Assembly: GCF_018350175.1 (NCBI RefSeq)
Contig: NC_058368.1
Coordinates: 138,882,001 to 138,946,000 of the forward strand
Reading direction: 5' to 3'
Length of the DNA: 64,000 nucleotides
Source: Felis catus
Taxonomy: Eukaryota
In this document: in pieces, positions 61,547-64,000 of the stretch
Position numbering within the stretch: position 1 is the first letter of the stretch
How the letters are laid out: every line of letters starts with the position of its first letter
Notes under the pieces: generated by a model
Told to the model about the DNA's origin: nothing
Databases searched by the model: none
The model's input: the letters and a program-made list of their open reading frames with translations, nothing else
Position numbers and translations under genes: made by a program

Positions 61547-62995
61547 CTTTTCTGTAATTTGTTCCCAGGTCATTGGGTCTAAAAGCTGAGCCCTCAATTT
61601 TTACTGAATTCCCACACCACTTCCTCAACTGGTCTGCCTAGTGCTATCTCTAAAACATTCCTAGAATTGCTCCTTGCTGAGATCGAAGCCCATGGGCACA
61701 CCTTAATCTCAATTTCTCTAGACAGTTCCAATTTTTCCTTTTATGGTCCACATACCTCCCTATTGTCTGAAGGTCTACAGATGAAAATCCTGTGTCTGTT
61801 CTCCATCCAAGAGGCGCATATATCACTTCCTTGGTTGTTCTCGTCGTCTCTGATATCTTGGGACTTTTCTAGGCTGGTTTCCATATTCAGGCCTGATACC
61901 GCTCTTCATGCTGGTTCGTTAGAGCCAGTGATCGGAGGTGGGGACATGTGTTTTGTTTTGTTTTTCCCCGGTTCTGCTACTGACATGATAAAAAGCTGGA
62001 GACGAGGTATTGAATTTGACTGTCTCAGTGAGTATAAAGCAGGGATCTAAAAACACTTGGCAATCGTCCTACTTTGGAGTGTAGCTCTAAGGCTGAGTGA
62101 GTCTATAACCATCGTAAAGAATTTATTATTATGGATCTCTATTAGCAGTACTATAATTTGCTGATTGTAATGGAGCTCATAATGATATAGAGAAATATAT
62201 CAGCAGGCACAGAAGCTCCGAAAAGCTCTATTATCATTGTCTTGAAGAATTATCTACCCACGGCGCACCCTGCCTTCTCTCAACCCTACTGGAATCTTTT
62301 TAACAAGCATAAAACTGCCCAGCAGTTAATTTTTATCTTACCGTATTCTGTGGGTTAGCTTTGTCCTAAAGAGATTATAAAACCTTTGGAAATAAGGCTT
62401 ATGTTTGATCCTTGTCCTGAAACTCTGCAGTATGAGCTCTAGGACAGGTCATGTAAGTTCTCATTAGCACTTTTTGAATAGCAAAAATGATTCCCTTTAT
62501 CATATAAGTGAATACGTGCATAAAGATGGCTTCTGACTTCATGAGATTGAAAAGTTGAAAAAATACCAAGTTCCATACCTTTCATTTTTATGTCTCTGGA
62601 AAAGAAACTGCTCCAAACCCTCCCAAAGCCCTGAATTCAGTCCCAACACTCCCCGTGTACTTAATAAATTCCCCCAAGATCTCTCTGCTCCCCACTCCTG
62701 CTCTCAGGGGTTGATGCTGAGCGCGATCTGCCTCTTTTCAACTCACCCACGTTTTCCTGGCCATGGTCCCCTCCAGCCTCCTCACTCTCATAGATGAACC
62801 TCTGAAAAATGCCACACGTATCACAGCCAGTAGACCCAATTGGCATGATGTCCTCCACACGCGCATTTCCACGTGCTGCCATACTGGCTCTGTGGTCTCA
62901 CTCCTCTTGTCTGTTGCTAAAGGGAAGGAGGTATTTGAATTTACTGGGCACCTGCTCTAGGTCAGGGACTTTTCTACTGGTTGCCTTACAATGTC

Positions 62996-63030
<35 letters not shown>
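62996..63030. repeat. (GT)n microsatellite
   Basis: Seen directly. Confidence 0.95.
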
Positions 63031-63032
<2 letters not shown>

Positions 63033-64000
63033 TTCTTCCCAAATCTTTCTCCCTCCCTCTCTTCCTTGCCCATCCCTCCTCTCTCCTAGAGGTAGGCTTG
63101 GGAAAGCGATATACTGGTAAATGTGTACCAGCCAGTCTGGTGGACGGAGCCCTGGTTTGCGCATTGGCAATTGTCATGGTGTAATGAGTACCCCTATGGC
63201 TGACTGTAAGTTATGAATGTGGCATCACTGAATGTGGAGGTGGGAACACATGTACACGATCTGCTCCAGAGAGCAGGATGGAGCAGGCTCTGGTTTGGGG
63301 TTTGGGGTAAGAAGAGGTAGCTCTGTAGCTCAAAACTCTCTTTCCCAAATTTGGTGTGAAACCAGCTCGTAAAGACTAAGCACAAGCTTTTTTTTTTCTT
63401 CTTCTTTTTTTTTTTTTTTTTTTTGGCATTCCAGTTCTAACATCTGACTCGGTTCCCCTGTTACGCGCAAACGTCTAAGTATTCACCCCGAAGGGCAGCA
63501 GAATATGCCACTACAAAATATGCCATCCTCCGCTCAAGTTTTGTTATCGAGCAAGGGCTACCTTCCCTTGCAAAAAGGATTTTTCTCCAGTTTCTTCAAT
63601 ACAGAGCACGCATGGCAGTTTTAATGAAAGGCACTTAATAAAAAATAAATAATACCTTAAGACCATTCATGCATATGACTTCCTGACATTGCTAGAGGTG
63701 CCAGCTAGCCCATGAGCTAATGATCCTGTAAATTTCCTTTCCTCTCCCAGTGTGGAGGTGAGATCTAATTTGAAAGATTAAAATCTTTGCATGATTACAG
63801 TATATGGTAATTGTTAAGCTCTGTAGTTACATGCTCAATAGCTACTAAGTGCAAAGAATTACAGGTGATTTGCGCTTGTAAGATAAATTCCAAGAATTTT
63901 GCTTTTACAAAAAGGCATGGAAGTAGAGGCTGCAAACAACAGATATGCTAAGTGGAGCAATTTATCTTGAACTCCAGGAAAGAGGGACTTAGAGGGTCTC

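Noticed and set aside
1..64000. Recurring ORFs such as MAQSVKRPTSAQVMISRSVSSSP... and ...LGQRETEHERGRGRERGRHRIGNRLQALSHQPRA
   Set aside because: These are translations of Can-SINE copies on either strand, not a gene family.
1..64000. CRISPR-like array or prokaryotic system
   Set aside because: No regularly spaced repeats with unique spacers. The direct repeats are TSDs, and the DNA is mammalian.

Overview
Mammalian genomic DNA from a felid (cat or close relative), judged from dozens of carnivore tRNA-derived Can-SINEs of the SINEC_Fc type and carnivore L1 3' ends. I recognise no intact protein-coding exon, rRNA, tRNA gene or CRISPR array. Most ORFs in the track are SINE, L1 or microsatellite read-through, or chance. 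The window looks intergenic or deep intronic. The two identifiable gene-derived sequences are retrocopies. One is a processed PIGP (DSCR5) pseudogene (16179-16580, two in-frame stops), which the ORF track misses. The other is a 37-nt 3'-truncated U2 snRNA copy (19111-19147) with a perfect 15-bp target-site duplication (TSD). The rest is about 40 Can-SINEs (several nested), L1 fragments (one twin-primed, 5'-inverted copy carrying three later SINEs), MLT and MER34-like LTRs, L2, MIR and MER5 fossils, simple repeats, and several repeat-poor islands that may be regulatory. I found no convincing previously undescribed biological system. Repeat family names come from recalled consensus sequences, and boundaries without a TSD are approximate.
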